A stretch of DNA of 64,000 nucleotides from a virus (IMGVR_UViG_3300045125_000169:24840-88839); one strand, 5' to 3'. Positions 19,574 through 31,106 are shown, counted from the first letter of the stretch. A program made the numbers and translations. The notes: a model not told the origin generated them from the letters alone.

Positions 19574-19602
19574 TTGACTTATTGCTTAAAAACAAGCATA
19601 AT
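19574..19602 (+). promoter_or_regulatory. sigma70-like promoter facing the nrdA 3' end
   Basis: TTGACT-17 nt-CATAAT with an internal inverted repeat tgctt-aaaaac-aagca. Confidence 0.45.
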
Positions 19603-19692
19603 TCCTGCGTTCTTTGACAAGTTAGGTACGGGTTCCGTGCTCTAATTCATAGCACGGGTAAAAACCTAGATAACTTTTCATGACCTTTTCCC

Positions 19693-22600
19693 TCATGAGC
19701 TACAAACGTCACAAGCCTCAGGATTGTCAATCGAGCAAGCTGCGACATCGTTTGCCAACTGCTCTTGCACGGTAACTTTGACAGAATCTTTGGCAGCTTT
19801 TGTGCGCAGGTAATACATCCCTGTCTTGAGGCCGCGCTTCCAGGCGTAGAGGTGCAGAGAGGCGATTTGGTCGATGGTCGGGTTAGCCATGTGAATATTC
19901 ATGGATTGGCTTTGGCAGACAAAAACCCCACGGTCGGTCGCCATGTCGATTACGACTTTTGGGAAATCTCCCAGACCGTCCGGTAGATTTTGCGCACGTC
20001 CTCAGGGATTCGCAGGATTTGCTGGACCGAACCATTGTTTGAAATAATTTGGTCCATCATCCGTTTGTCCCAAAGACCAAGCTCTTGCAGGTGCTTCACG
20101 AGATGCTTATTGATGACCACAAACTCACCTGCAAGCGTTTCCCGCTTGTAGAGGTTGCTCGTGTGAATTTCAAAAGCCTCGAAGTTATCGAAGATCTGGC
20201 TTGTGGATGCGGTGGGCATTGGGGCCAGGAGCAAGCTGTTGCGAGCACCGAATTTTTTACTCGTTCGCGCAAGGCTTCCCACGTCTCTTTGTGCTTCAGT
20301 GGAACCTCGTGCTCACCGTGCCAGAGGTCAAACTGGAAAAGACCTTGGGATAAAGGACTACCCGCAAAAGACTCATACGGACCATCTTTCTCCGCGAGGT
20401 CCACGGACGCTTGCATCGCTCCAAGGTAAATGGTCTCAAAGATTTCGTGATTCAGCTTGCGGGCCTCGGGTGAGTCGTAGGGAATCCTGAGCATCATAAA
20501 GGTGTCTGCAAGACCTTGCACCCCAATCCCGATGGGACGATGCTTAAGATTTGAGTTTTCGGTCGCGGGTGTCGGGTAGAAATTTTTGTCGATGACATGG
20601 TTGAGGTTCACCGTCGCGTCGTAAGAGACCTGCCGCAAACTTTCGAGATCGTAAGTATCCCCTTGGACAAATTTGGGCAGACAGATCGACGCGAGATTGC
20701 AGACCGCAGTTTCCTCGGCGCTGCTGTATTGGCAGACTTCCGTACAAAGGTTGGAGGACTTAATCGTCCCTAAATTTTTCTGGTTTGATTTACGGTTAAC
20801 GGAATCCTTGTAGAGCATGTAGGGAGTGCCTGTTTCCTTTTGCGAACTACAGATCCTTTTCATCAGGTCGGAGGCTTTGACGACCTTGCGTCCTCGGCCT
20901 TCGGCTTCATAGCGGGTATAAAGCTCTTCAAAGGCTTCGCCGTAGCAATCAAAAAGCCCTGGAGCCTCATCAGGGAGAAGAGGGTCCAGTTGCCGCCCTC
21001 TTGTAGGCGTTTCATAAATAGGTCTGGAATCCATAAAGCGGTGAACAGGTCATGGCACCGTCGCTCATCGTCCCCTGTGTTTTTCCGCAGGTCTAAAAAG
21101 TCCTCGACATCAGCGTGCCAGGGTTCAAGGTAAATCGCTGCCGAACCTTTGCGCTTACCCCCTTGGTTGACGTATCGAAAGGTGGCGTTAAGGTGTCGCA
21201 GCATGGGGATGATGCCATCCGAAAATCTCTGGCTCGACTTGATGATCGCACCATCGGCCCTGACGTTATGAACCCAAAGGCCAACGCCACCGGAATTTTT
21301 GAGATAATGGCACACTCTTTATCGGTGTCGTAGATGCCATTAAGGGAATCACTGCGGGTAGCTATTAAGAAACAATTTTCTGCTAAAAGACCGACCACCG
21401 AATAAGAATGGGTTTCTTCTACCCCCAAGGTGTAGACATATTCCGGTCTGGTCGAATTTTTGACTTTCGACGAGATCCTTAAAAAATTATTCCCCTCAAT
21501 TTCCAAGACTTGTCCCGATTTCGTCTCGCGTTGCCTTGCTAAGTTAATCCGATCATCCCCATATTGCTTCAAGGGATTGAGGTCCAAGGTATGTGGTATG
21601 CCCATGTAGGCGAGCTTTGATCCTTTATCCTGAAAGGAGACGTCGATCCCGACTTGCCTTGCGACCATGTAAAATTCTTTTACTAGTTTCTTATTTGATA
21701 AGGTAACACCATATCCAGATCCATTCGCGTACACATGGCCATCACTAGAAACAAGACCTTCCAAGAGGGCAACCACGAGATCTCGGTGCCAGGAGAAGAT
21801 ATCTTTAAAGAGACGTTTTCCATCAAAACCTTTGCCGAACAGATGGTAGAAGATATTTGCCAAAATCGTTGAGTGAACAGTAACACTTACAACATTCGGA
21901 TTTTTTGAGTGCGGAAGGTGCGTTACTTTGACATTTAAGCCAAAGGCCCGACTCATGTAATCCTGACAAAAATCGATCAAAGGCTTATTTTCATAATGAA
22001 TCGCGATATTTATATTCTTCAAGTACCGTCTACCAGAAGCATTTTTCCCTGATGCAATACTACCGTCACCGTACCAGATACCAAGAAATTTTGCGAAATC
22101 CCGATCGATTTTGATAAAGCGATTGATCGAACTGTTCTTTCTGCACAAATAGACCTCCGAATCGCTTGCATTCAAGCGATGTGGTCTTTGCCAGGTGCTT
22201 ACCGTGTGTATCTTGTCCTCTACTACGTCAAACGTGAAGTTGACGTTGCCATTATCGGATTTTGGAAGGTATGGCAAAAAGTCCGACAAATCGACAACAT
22301 AATCGTTTTTGCCAGAAAGCATTTTTGGAATAGCAATATAATCCCCTTTTCTCAGGGATTCTATGCTGTTCATTTGGGGTTGCTCACCCCAAGCGATTTG
22401 TTCCTTCGTAATTGAGAAGAATCGATGATTGCCCGTAACCGTGAAGCTAGGCGTTTTAAAAACTTTAACATCAAAAAGCTGTCGGTCATTTAGTTTATTC
22501 TTGTGTACCTGGACTACTTTTTCAACAGTCCCCTTGTGCGTCACGACGAGATCGCCTATCTGAGTGCTCTCAATAGGTTTAATTCCATCATTAACAGTTA

Positions 22601-23291
22601 AGATTTCAGTTCCCTCAACAAAGCAACTTGACATTTGCGGCCTACTGGTTCCCGCGTTGAAAAGCGTAGGTGTTGCATGAGTATAGAAGCCGAGCGAAAG
22701 GTAGTCGTAGAGCTTTTTGACTTGTTCGATATTTGCTCCGCAGATCCCAACGGCGACACGGAGAAAAAGACTCTGCGGCCTTTCAACAACTTTTCGCTCG
22801 CAGGCCCAGGAGCCATCGGCAAGGCGTTTTCTGCTAGAGGTGTCGATGATCCCAAGCAGGTATTTGCTTTCGAGGGTTTTGAAACCGAAGTACGAGAAAC
22901 TGAAGTCGCGTGTGTAGTCGATGATCTGGTCCAAGCCTTCGGGTCTGAGAGCTTGAGCATCCTGCATAAAGGAGTCTGACAGGACACCCGCTTGATGCAA
23001 CTGGGTCCACGCTTCCCAAAAGTCGTCGGGAGTTTCTTTGTGGAGAGCAGAGGCCGCGATGCCTGCGGCGAGTTTGTCATAGTCAGGATGCTCAGGAGCG
23101 AGCACCGCAGCAGTTTCAATGAGGAGGCGATCGAGTTCTCGGGTGGTGATCCCATCGCAAAGACCACCGACCACTTTTTGCGCTATGAGTACGGGCTCGA
23201 CCTTGAGCCCAGCCGAGCGGTTTTTGACTCGGTTAAGAATTTTGTCAAAAGACACTTCCTCGCGTTGACCGTTCCGTTTCACAACCTGCAT
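19693..23291 (-). CDS. nrdA: ribonucleotide reductase class Ia large subunit with ATP cone and intein (four indels)
   Basis: [11 protein letters not shown] cone, [72 protein letters not shown]-terminal CDVCSS. Confidence 0.95.
21375..22625 (-). mobile_element. intein (417 aa) with LAGLIDADG homing endonuclease
   Basis: Starts CFVEGTEI; block B TGNH; LGIWYGDGS and LEGLVSSDG; ends [21 protein letters not shown]|C; removal restores QMSSCFL. Confidence 0.95.
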
Positions 23292-23420
23292 GTTGGCCCC
23301 TGTCCGAATTAGGTCGTCTTTGTCTTTTTTGGTGAATCTTTGCTTTCGACATTAGAGCGAGCATGACCACAGAGGCAATACCTTTTGACACGCAATCTAA
23401 AACAAAATTAGTTGAAATTT

Positions 23421-23636
23421 TCAGCATTTTCTTTTTTCCCAAAACATTTGTGCGTTGAAACATTCGTCCTCGATCTCCACTAAAAAAATGCGGCCCTGCT
23501 CAAAGCCCTCAAGGGTGTAAGTTTTCTTGGTGCTGAGAAAAAAACGTCCTTGCTCCAGGTCAAAATCAGAACCCCCTTGGTTTCGGAAAATCACTTCCGT
23601 CCCTTTGGGGGTTTTGGCAGTAACAGGCTTGGGCAT
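23421..23636 (-). CDS. hypothetical protein
   Basis: MPKPVTAK... after a GAGGGG RBS; fused to the upstream gene in the track by a probable T-run deletion. Confidence 0.5.
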   Translation of the reverse strand: MPKPVTAKTPKGTEVIFRNQGGSDFDLEQGRFFLSTKKTYTLEGFEQGRIFLVEIEDECFNAQMFWEKRKC

Positions 23637-23639
23637 CGT

Positions 23640-24308
23640 CCCCTCAAAAAGTGCGCGGAACCGTGTCCACACAGTCTCGTGGTTGTCTATCTGCGTGTGA
23701 CCAACACCTTCGACGTGGAAGTTTTCCGCTTGGGGAATTTCCGACGAGTGCAGATAGATTGTCGTGGTCTGGTAAAAGTTAGACCACAAATTGGTTTTTT
23801 GCGCCACCGCATCTTGGGATAGGTCTTGTGGTGCCCTTTGGCACCCCATCCACCCTGTTGGTCTGGTAAGCTCGCACTCGACGGGACTGATCGGGTCGAT
23901 GGTGTAAAGGTACGACTTGGTGTGCCCTTGGAGGGTGAGCGCCATGGCAAGCCATCCACCATACGAATGACCGATATACAGGGTGTGGTCCTTTTCTTGG
24001 CTGTTCACGAGGTTCAGAATATCTTGAGGCTTGGCTCTTTGAACGGTGTCCGTGCGGTAGAAAAGCGTACCATAAGAGTCATAGCATGTGAGTATTGTGT
24101 TCACCCGGTAGGTTTCCCGCAGGGTATCTAAAACTCTCTCGGCCTGGGGGTACATGCTCATAGAGCGGGGGTCTCCATCCCGACCGCAGCTATTGCGTCC
24201 CCCCATGACCAAGACGAGCAGGCGCTCGTCTTTTTCAAAGGTTTTAATTTCAGATGCCTGTTGAGAGCCGCAGCCCACCAAGAGCAAGAGAAATAAAATA
24301 ATGTGCAT
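23640..24308 (-). CDS. alpha/beta-hydrolase lipoprotein
   Basis: Lipobox LLVGC; GHSYGG nucleophile elbow, TIDP, late HTQID; 3' end approximate. Confidence 0.8.
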
Positions 24309-24309
24309 A

Positions 24310-25464
24310 CTACTTCCAACGCAGGCGTTCGATCAGTTTGAGCTTCCTGGTATTGACGGTTTTCCAGTCATCTTCTAAAAGACCCCCTGTATCGCCTGAG
24401 TTGGGGTTCAGACTCCAGAAAAAAGTGTTAGTCAAGGACTTTTTTCGCAGATAATTCACAAAAGCCTCGCCCCAGACCTGATCGAGCCCCTCGAAGCGGC
24501 CTCCCCATTCCCCTATGACCAGGGCAAAATCCTCTTGGTCTTTGATATAACCAAAGTGCTCTTCCCAGATCGCGGGCATGTTGCTTGGAAAGTCTTGGGT
24601 GAGGAAATAGTCCTGCTTGGCTACCGAGGGGCCGTAGACGTGGGGACTAAGAACCACTTGAGTGCGGGGGAGTCGAATCGGCTTGGCAACTGCCTCGGTC
24701 AAATTTTCCCCCAAAAGGCATACTGCTTTCCTAGGGGCGACTCATTTCCGACACCTTCCACAAAGAGCAAAATTTTGGGGTTGATTTTTAGGATCTCTGC
24801 TCCTGCCTTTTCCACCATAAGACGCCACTGGTCCCAGGTCAGACCGTAGGGTTCATTAAATAGATCGATGCCCATCACGTTGTCGTATGAAAGGGAAAGT
24901 TGGGCGAGGGTCTTCAGATCCTCTATCCAACGCTCAACGGAGTAGTTTGCACAACTCCCAACCCCTGGTCCTGGCTTGTCGGTATGGGATAAGCGGTTGC
25001 TACAGGTGTGCAAGTCTAAAAGCACATACATTTCTTTTTGGAATTGGTGTAGGCCAGGAGCTTCTTTAACTGTTCGAGAGGGGAAGAGTAACCGTCTTTG
25101 CCTGGAGCTTTTCCGGCCAAAGACTCGGGTGCTAAGGGGATACGGAGCGAGTTGAAGCCGATTTGATGGACTTGATCGACGATACTCTCCAGAGATCGTC
25201 CACTCCAGAGTCCATGCAATCCTAGATACTCGCCTTCCAGGCCGAACCAGTTGATACCTCGGACAGAGGTAGGCAGACCGTGCGCGTGAATCATGTGATT
25301 TCTTTTATCCACGTAAAAAGACTCCTTACGTCCACGCACTCACCAAACACGTCATTGCACAAAGGTCGCGGTGGCATTTGTGGGGCCTCTAGCACGGTTT
25401 CGAGCCCACATGCCTGCAAACTCAAGAGCAGAAAAAGACAAAGAAGTCCCTTAAAGTACGACAT
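24310..25464 (-). CDS. GH5 endoglucanase-type glycoside hydrolase, lipoprotein (three indels)
   Basis: MSYFKGLLCLFLLLSLQAC signal after AAGGAG; RGINWFGLE, FNSLRIP, LLDLH, LFNEPY, IGEWGG, FWSLNPNSGDTGGLL. Confidence 0.9.
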
Positions 25465-25494
25465 ATATCCTTCTCCTTGGTTAGGGGAAAAGTA

Positions 25495-26226
25495 TCAGTC
25501 GAGTTTAGATTCTAGCCAAGCCTCGAAAAACGCATCGGCAATTTTCTGTTGCCCGATCTTGGATGGATGAAAACAATCGACCGTTGAAATGTCCTCGACA
25601 TCATAAACTTGTGTGTCTAAGCGCGTGATGACATGGAGCTTGGCAAAGTTTTTTTCTAGGTCGATCAGTTCTGCGTTGATCTCTTTAATCTGACGCATGA
25701 CGCCTGCACGATATGCATCGTCTCGTGCCATAAAGTTAGGGCAGGACACTGAAGTGGTCACCTGACAGTAAGGTGACTCGCGGCCCACGTCATAAACCTG
25801 TTGCAGGTCGGGGAGTGTTCCCAGAAATATCCCTTTGATGTTGGGATTTTTTTCCAACCTCTCGACGAGGCGATGGATGTTTCCAGTGACCGTGTGCCCC
25901 AGCCCCCAGCACACATCGTTTGTCCCCACCAGGAGAGAGACATAATCCGCTTCGACATGCTCGGCAAAGGACACTTGATAACCAACAATGCTGCTCAACG
26001 CTCCAGGCAGCGAGACGTTGTAGGCCGAGTCAAATCCTGCTTGCTTGGCAAAGTTGCGTTCGATTTGATCGCCTGTCGCCCAAGAGTAATGAAACCCGTG
26101 CTGCATAGACGGGTTCGCATGAGTTCCTGACGTGATCGAGTCCCCTATTGCGACATAGGTCGAGGCTTGCGCGATATTAAGATCGAGCGCCCCTGATAAC
26201 AGTAAACCGACGACGGTTCGCAACAT
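25495..26226 (-). CDS. secreted SGNH/GDSL hydrolase
   Basis: Signal peptide; blocks GDSIT, VGTND, DCFHPS. Confidence 0.9.
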   Translation of the reverse strand: MLRTVVGLLLSGALDLNIAQASTYVAIGDSITSGTHANPSMQHGFHYSWATGDQIERNFAKQAGFDSAYNVSLPGALSSIVGYQVSFAEHVEADYVSLLVGTNDVCWGLGHTVTGNIHRLVERLEKNPNIKGIFLGTLPDLQQVYDVGRESPYCQVTTSVSCPNFMARDDAYRAGVMRQIKEINAELIDLEKNFAKLHVITRLDTQVYDVEDISTVDCFHPSKIGQQKIADAFFEAWLESKLD

Positions 26227-26340
26227 ACGTTGTTTTCCTTATAGGCGGAAGGAGTTTGCGATAACTGACACGCAAAGGTCCGAGGCACCAAAGCACCCAA
26301 GAGTTTTCCAGCTTCCACCCGCAGCGCCACATAAAAGGGT

Positions 26341-26544
26341 TCAACTCAACAAGGAGCGAAACGCGCAGAAATAAAGGTGGCCTATTTTTCCAAGCCAACA
26401 AGTAATACAAAAAAGAAACATCAAAGTCTGAGTAAAGAGAACGACCGTCACGATCCAACTTGCAAAATGCTCAGGCCCAGGCCCTCCGATCAAGAAGCCA
26501 AGACAAGTCAAGAGGACAAACCAAGATCGTGTTCTAGGGCGCAT
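26341..26544 (-). CDS. small membrane protein
   Basis: Two hydrophobic stretches. Confidence 0.45.
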   Translation of the reverse strand: MRPRTRSWFVLLTCLGFLIGGPGPEHFASWIVTVVLFTQTLMFLFCITCWLGKIGHLYFCAFRSLLS

Positions 26545-27390
26545 CTTCTTTTGGCTTTGTTAAATACACAAAACCTCTTTCTATCCAATCAGGGTCATGG
26601 AGTAGATAATCTGGTCCGCTGAGAAAAATTGCCCAGGTCAGTTCGCTGTTCTTCCGGTAGTCCGACAAGTAGTCGTGATACTTATCAATCCACTTAGACA
26701 TAACCTCTTTGAGCTTATCGTGGTCTGCATGAGACACGAGGACTCTCTTATAAAACTCTTGGTGCTCTTTGCTTTGCTCCTCGTCCTTTTGAGCGATCGG
26801 CAGAGAGAAGCCTTGAGCAATCTCAGTCCAGAATTTTGTCAGGGGGCTGTTTTTAGAATTGAGGCGGTTGATCTTGCCCCAAGGGATTTTGAAGGACGTT
26901 TTCTCGTAATTCTTTTCATCAAGGCCCGAGAGGTATTTTTGGCGAGCCTCGTCCTTTTGTTCTTGAGAAGGCCCTTCCAACTCTTGCTCATAGAGCCGAC
27001 CGTTTTCCGATCGGACGAAATACTCCTCGTTCCAATAGTCTTGGCCTGAGGGGTCAACGCTGTAAACCGCACGGTCGAGCTTGGGTGCATTTTCGTTTTC
27101 AAACCGAGCGTCTGTTTCATAGAGGACATAGATGCGCTCTTGTAGTTCTTTAGCAAGGTGCATCAACTTTTCTTCCTCGACGGTGATATCGAGATCTCCG
27201 TGCCAAACTTTGCCCTGACTGGTGCAGACATTGGCGTTGAAGACCACAACATGATTGGCGTGGTCCCATCGGTATTGCCCTTTAGACCCAAAATCCGTCC
27301 TCGGTGCCCGAGGATGTCTTCGACAGACATAAGCAGAACCTCTTGGTGATGTTGTCCTATGAGAATACGCCAGGATGCTCTCATCGACAA
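26534..27390 (-). CDS. hypothetical protein(s) (27163..27390 and 26534..27247)
   Basis: Two overlapping ORFs on the operon strand, possibly one gene. Confidence 0.55.
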
Positions 27391-27497
27391 TGGGCAGAAG
27401 AAAAACCTTGCTATTTAAAAAATGTTAGTACAGTTCGCCTCGCCACTTAAGGTTGACACTCAAGGTTGAGAGCAGCCGACATATTCTGGAGAATGAC

Positions 27498-28129
27498 ATG
27501 CATTTTTTTCTAAATGGCTTCCTGAAGCCCAAGAACTTCACAAAAGAATCAAGGAACAGGATGCCGCTCGTATCGCCGAGCAAGCCAAAGCCGCGGGAGC
27601 ATCCGACCTAACATTGCTTGACCTTTTGCTCGCTGGCCCAAGGCTCAAGCCTTTCCCCGACCCCCTTCAGTACGTCCAGTTCCGCTCGCAAGTCGTTCAA
27701 AATCTTCAGCAGGGTGGCCCAGATCTTCCAAATGTAAGTGTCTATCGTGTTTTTGCCCACATTGATATCGCGGCCTTGAAAGCAGGGTACGCCTGGGCAA
27801 AAGATCAAGATTTAACCCAGCTTACCAACCCTAACATCAAAGCATGGGAGCTAGAAGAATTGTCACAATGTTGTGACAAACCTTCGATTCTCTTATCGAT
27901 CAAATACATGTGGCTCTACCGTGGTTTTCACAATTTTCGCGGAAACCTAGCGAATACGAGCCCCGTCTGCAAAACGCTGAAACTTTTGTATGGTACTGAC
28001 TTTCGGTCTGCCTACAAATCAACATGGACGCAGATTGAGTTAGCCGCGCAAATCGGAAACGAAGACATTGATCCATGGATGCTGAATACCATTCTTTGGA
28101 TCTTGGGGCAGAGATTCTCGTTAGCGTAA
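27498..28129 (+). CDS. hypothetical helical protein
   Basis: The frame of 27614..28129 is open upstream to the T-run after ATG 27498 (GGAG RBS). Confidence 0.6.
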
Positions 28130-28447
28130 CTGGTCCCAGGAGTCGATCGGAGCGACATCGCACCATGCGGTTGGGACATAATAGAAATCAATACCCCGCA
28201 GGTGTCTGACTAGCTCCGGTTTTGCCATACAAAGAAGAGACGTGGGAACCTTCCAGTAATCTGGGAAGCGTCCTCCCACGTCTGAATCATCGTAGCTTTT
28301 AACTTCTCGCGGGAGCGCCTCGGGGCAAAAAGTCGTTAAAGGCACTTTAATGCCCTTGAGACTGAAGCCACGATCTCCTGCATCAGGATCTTTTAAAATG
28401 AAAAGGCGAAATTTCAAAAGCAGTATCCCCTTACTGTTTTTTCTCAA
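28121..28447 (-). CDS. hypothetical protein
   Basis: 108-aa ORF. Confidence 0.5.
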   Translation of the reverse strand: MRKNSKGILLLKFRLFILKDPDAGDRGFSLKGIKVPLTTFCPEALPREVKSYDDSDVGGRFPDYWKVPTSLLCMAKPELVRHLRGIDFYYVPTAWCDVAPIDSWDQLR

Positions 28448-28817
28448 CGCCTTGAGCGATGGTCGAGAGGCTTTTGAGTTGAGCTTCTATTTTGGTCAAG
28501 AGTTGTTCCGAATCCAAGATATCGGCATACGGGACAAAGTAAAGTTTTTCATCGCTTTCAAACTCTGGCATGTTGCCCGAAAGATCCAACATGCGAAGAC
28601 CAATCGAAGCTCCTAAGAGAGCATCATAGCAAAAACCGTAAAAGTCCAAGTCGCTGCTTTTTTCTAAAGACGATGCTTGATACCCGTCCTCCACAAAAAC
28701 CGTCAGAGACGAGAGAGCTAAAACGGCACCGCGTCTTTGCTCAGGGTCCAGGTGCATCAAGATTGAATACAGGTGCTTTGCGACCACCTGCTGCTGAGAC
28801 GTGAACAGAGCCACCAC
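28431..28817 (-). CDS. hypothetical protein
   Basis: 128-aa ORF. Confidence 0.55.
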   Translation of the reverse strand: MVALFTSQQQVVAKHLYSILMHLDPEQRRGAVLALSSLTVFVEDGYQASSLEKSSDLDFYGFCYDALLGASIGLRMLDLSGNMPEFESDEKLYFVPYADILDSEQLLTKIEAQLKSLSTIAQGVEKKQ

Positions 28818-28906
28818 GTTACCCCTTTTGCTATGATATTTTTGGAGCTTTTAAAAAGACTACCTCAAACCAACGCTCAAAGTCCAGAGAGCGACCGGAG
28901 AACAAA

Positions 28907-29269
28907 ATGTTTATCAAGAAGATTGAAAAAAAGATCAGAGTCCAAGCTACAGGTGAAATGACGCCCGAAGACCTGAGGCCAGGGGGCGACTTTTACGAGG
29001 CGGCTCAAAAACTGGCGAAGGTTGCCAAAGAGACTAAGCTCTTTGTGGCCGTAAAACCCTTCGATGTCTACCAAGGACCGTTTGCCCTGCTCAAAACAGG
29101 TGACCGCATTTGGCTCACGGACACACCGGGGAAATACTATGTCGAACTCATGTCCAAAAATAAGATGAAAGGACACGGCTTCGAGGGCAACGCTGCCATG
29201 ATTAAAAAATTCTACCTGCATCTAAAGCCCACGAAGCCTGTCTATCAGCATTTGAGGCTGGTGAAATGA
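28907..29269 (+). CDS. hypothetical protein; stop codon supplied by the IS605 end
   Basis: GGAG RBS; ends GTG AAA TGA, where ATGAA is the IS right end. Confidence 0.7.
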   Translation: MFIKKIEKKIRVQATGEMTPEDLRPGGDFYEAAQKLAKVAKETKLFVAVKPFDVYQGPFALLKTGDRIWLTDTPGKYYVELMSKNKMKGHGFEGNAAMIKKFYLHLKPTKPVYQHLRLVK

Positions 29270-29430
29270 ACTACCCCGACCAATCCTCACGCTCTCTTAC
29301 AAGAGCGTTCCGGTATGGTCAGAGTTTCGTGCTTCAGCGGGCAGGTAACCCCACCCTCCACACCTGAGGACGGTTCCCGTCCCGTGACAAAGCCTGTCAA
29401 AGCATAATTCAAGATCACTCGTGCAGCATT
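29266..29430 (-). ncRNA. putative omega/reRNA scaffold of TnpB
   Basis: The structured right-end region overlapping the tnpB 3' end, where this RNA lies in IS605 elements; 5' limit is a guess. Confidence 0.5.
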
Positions 29431-30566
29431 CACATCCCGATCAAGAGTGAGCCCACAACATCCACATAAATGTGTGCGCTCTGACAAAGCCTTTTTTGAA
29501 CAACTCCGCATCCGGAGCAGCTTTGCGAAGGTTTGACTTTCCTGGTTGGTATTTCGATGTAGGGAATACCAGCGTCTGCCGCTTTGCATTCCAACAATGT
29601 GAAAAACTTGCCAGGGGACGTGTCAAGAATACTGCGATTTAAGCCTCTCTTATAAGCACCGCCGTGGACTGTCATGGCTTTGATATTTAGAGCCTCTGTG
29701 GCCACGAGCCGAGACATGCGTACAATGCGGGCACTCATTTGGTGTAAAAAGTCATCACGCTGATCAGCTAGCTTCTCATGGCATGAGACCAGCTTCAACT
29801 TGGCTTTGGCCCTATTCCTGGACCCTTTCTTTTTGCGGGATAAGCTTCGTTGCGCCTTTTTTAATTGGCCATCATACTTTTTGAAGTGGCGTGGATTTTC
29901 GATCAAATACTGCTTGTTATCTTCAGTAACCATGGTCACAAAAGTGCTAGTACCCCAATCAATCCCAAGAGCCGCTGTGCCACTAGGGCGATGCGGCCTT
30001 AGGGTCGCAAAAGTGATGGATGCGTACCATTTCCGGCCCTTTCGCATGATCTCGACCGTCTTTGGCTTGCCTGGGTCGCGGCTACTCTTTACTTCGTCAA
30101 CAAACCTCGGACGTCCACGTGCCTGCAAATTCCCAAGACCGCTTAAATGCAGTGTGCCATTCACATAATCCACATGAGGCTTGAACCTCCACCCATCCCC
30201 GTGAGCCGCATATCCCCAACCCTTAAACCGTTCAAATGCCTTGAACCTCGGAAATCCAGGCGCAGCCTCTCCCGCTCTCACTCGTCTAAAAAAGGCCTGG
30301 AACGCTCTATCCAGACGCCGCAGAGTCACTTGCTCTGACTGCGCATTGAGCGCAGCATATTCAGGAAACTCAGCCCGAAGCTGAGTGAGATCTTTAGCCT
30401 GGTCGTAGTAATTAAGACTCTTACCGCAGCGGCGGTAGGCATCAATGCGCTGCTCAAGGGCCGCATTATACAAACGTTGGTGGAGCCGCATGATCTCGAC
30501 CATTTTATTGGCCTGCTTGGTCGATGGGTAAATGCGGTATGAAACTTTTCGCTTGACCTGATCCAT
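29287..30566 (-). CDS. tnpB: TnpB RNA-guided endonuclease (one indel in the Zn finger)
   Basis: YRIYPS HTH, GIDWG (RuvC I), VATEAL (RuvC II), SQSCSGCG...CGCCG, DRDVNAA (RuvC III, in the 29287..29589 frame). Confidence 0.92.
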
Positions 30567-30590
30567 ACCCCGAACTATGTCTTAGTTCCT

Positions 30591-31003
30591 ATGAAAACGC
30601 AATCTCTAAATACCTTGCATCACTGTGTCTACGACCTAAAATATCACTTAGTTCTGGTGACGAAATATCGTCGCAAATGCATCAACAAGGCGATCCTCTT
30701 ACGGCTTGAAGAGCACTTGGCGCGACTTCTCCAGACTTGGGATTGTCAGCTTCTCGAATTTAATGGCGAGGCTGATCACGTCCACCTTTTGATGGCGCTC
30801 AATCCGAAGGCCCAACCTTCCCGACTTATCAATAATCTCAAGACGGTCACGTCTCGCTTGATCCGGAAAGAGTTTGCCGACCATATAAAGAAATACTACT
30901 GGAAACCGATTTTTGGAGTCGCACCTACTGTCTCCTCACTGTCGGCGGAGCACCCCTCTCAGTGCTCAAGCAATACATTGAGAATCAGACCGAGGTCGAG
31001 TAA
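30591..31003 (+). CDS. tnpA: IS200-like Y1 (HUH) transposase
   Basis: YHLVLVTKYR, DHVHLL, KTVTSRL; one T added restores FWSRTYC...LKQYIENQ. Confidence 0.93.
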
Positions 31004-31106
31004 AGGACCGCTCACTTCGCTGCGCGAAGATCACGGTGTCGGCCTTCACCACCAACCAAGCCTCAGACGCCTTTAGCGACTGGCCGACTTTTCGATAGGC
31101 GGGGAA

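Larger units (their letters stand above)
29266..31094 (-). mobile_element. IS200/IS605-family element (divergent tnpA/tnpB)
   Basis: Right end ...acgctct-tgta-ag-agagcgt...GGGGTAGTTCAT; left-end hairpin cagtcgc-taaag-gcgtctg; both genes present; left boundary inferred. Confidence 0.85.

Noticed and set aside
14404-23291. Eukaryotic giant virus (NCLDV) origin, suggested by the RNR and LRRs
   Set aside because: Shine-Dalgarno sites, sigma70 promoters, intrinsic terminators, IS605/IS1 elements, lipoproteins, an SLT and a tail-collar fibre all point to a bacteriophage.
23421-24308. Hydrolase with an extra C-terminal domain
   Set aside because: A GAGGGG RBS and ATG lie inside the ORF, and one extra T gives TGA; two genes are more likely.
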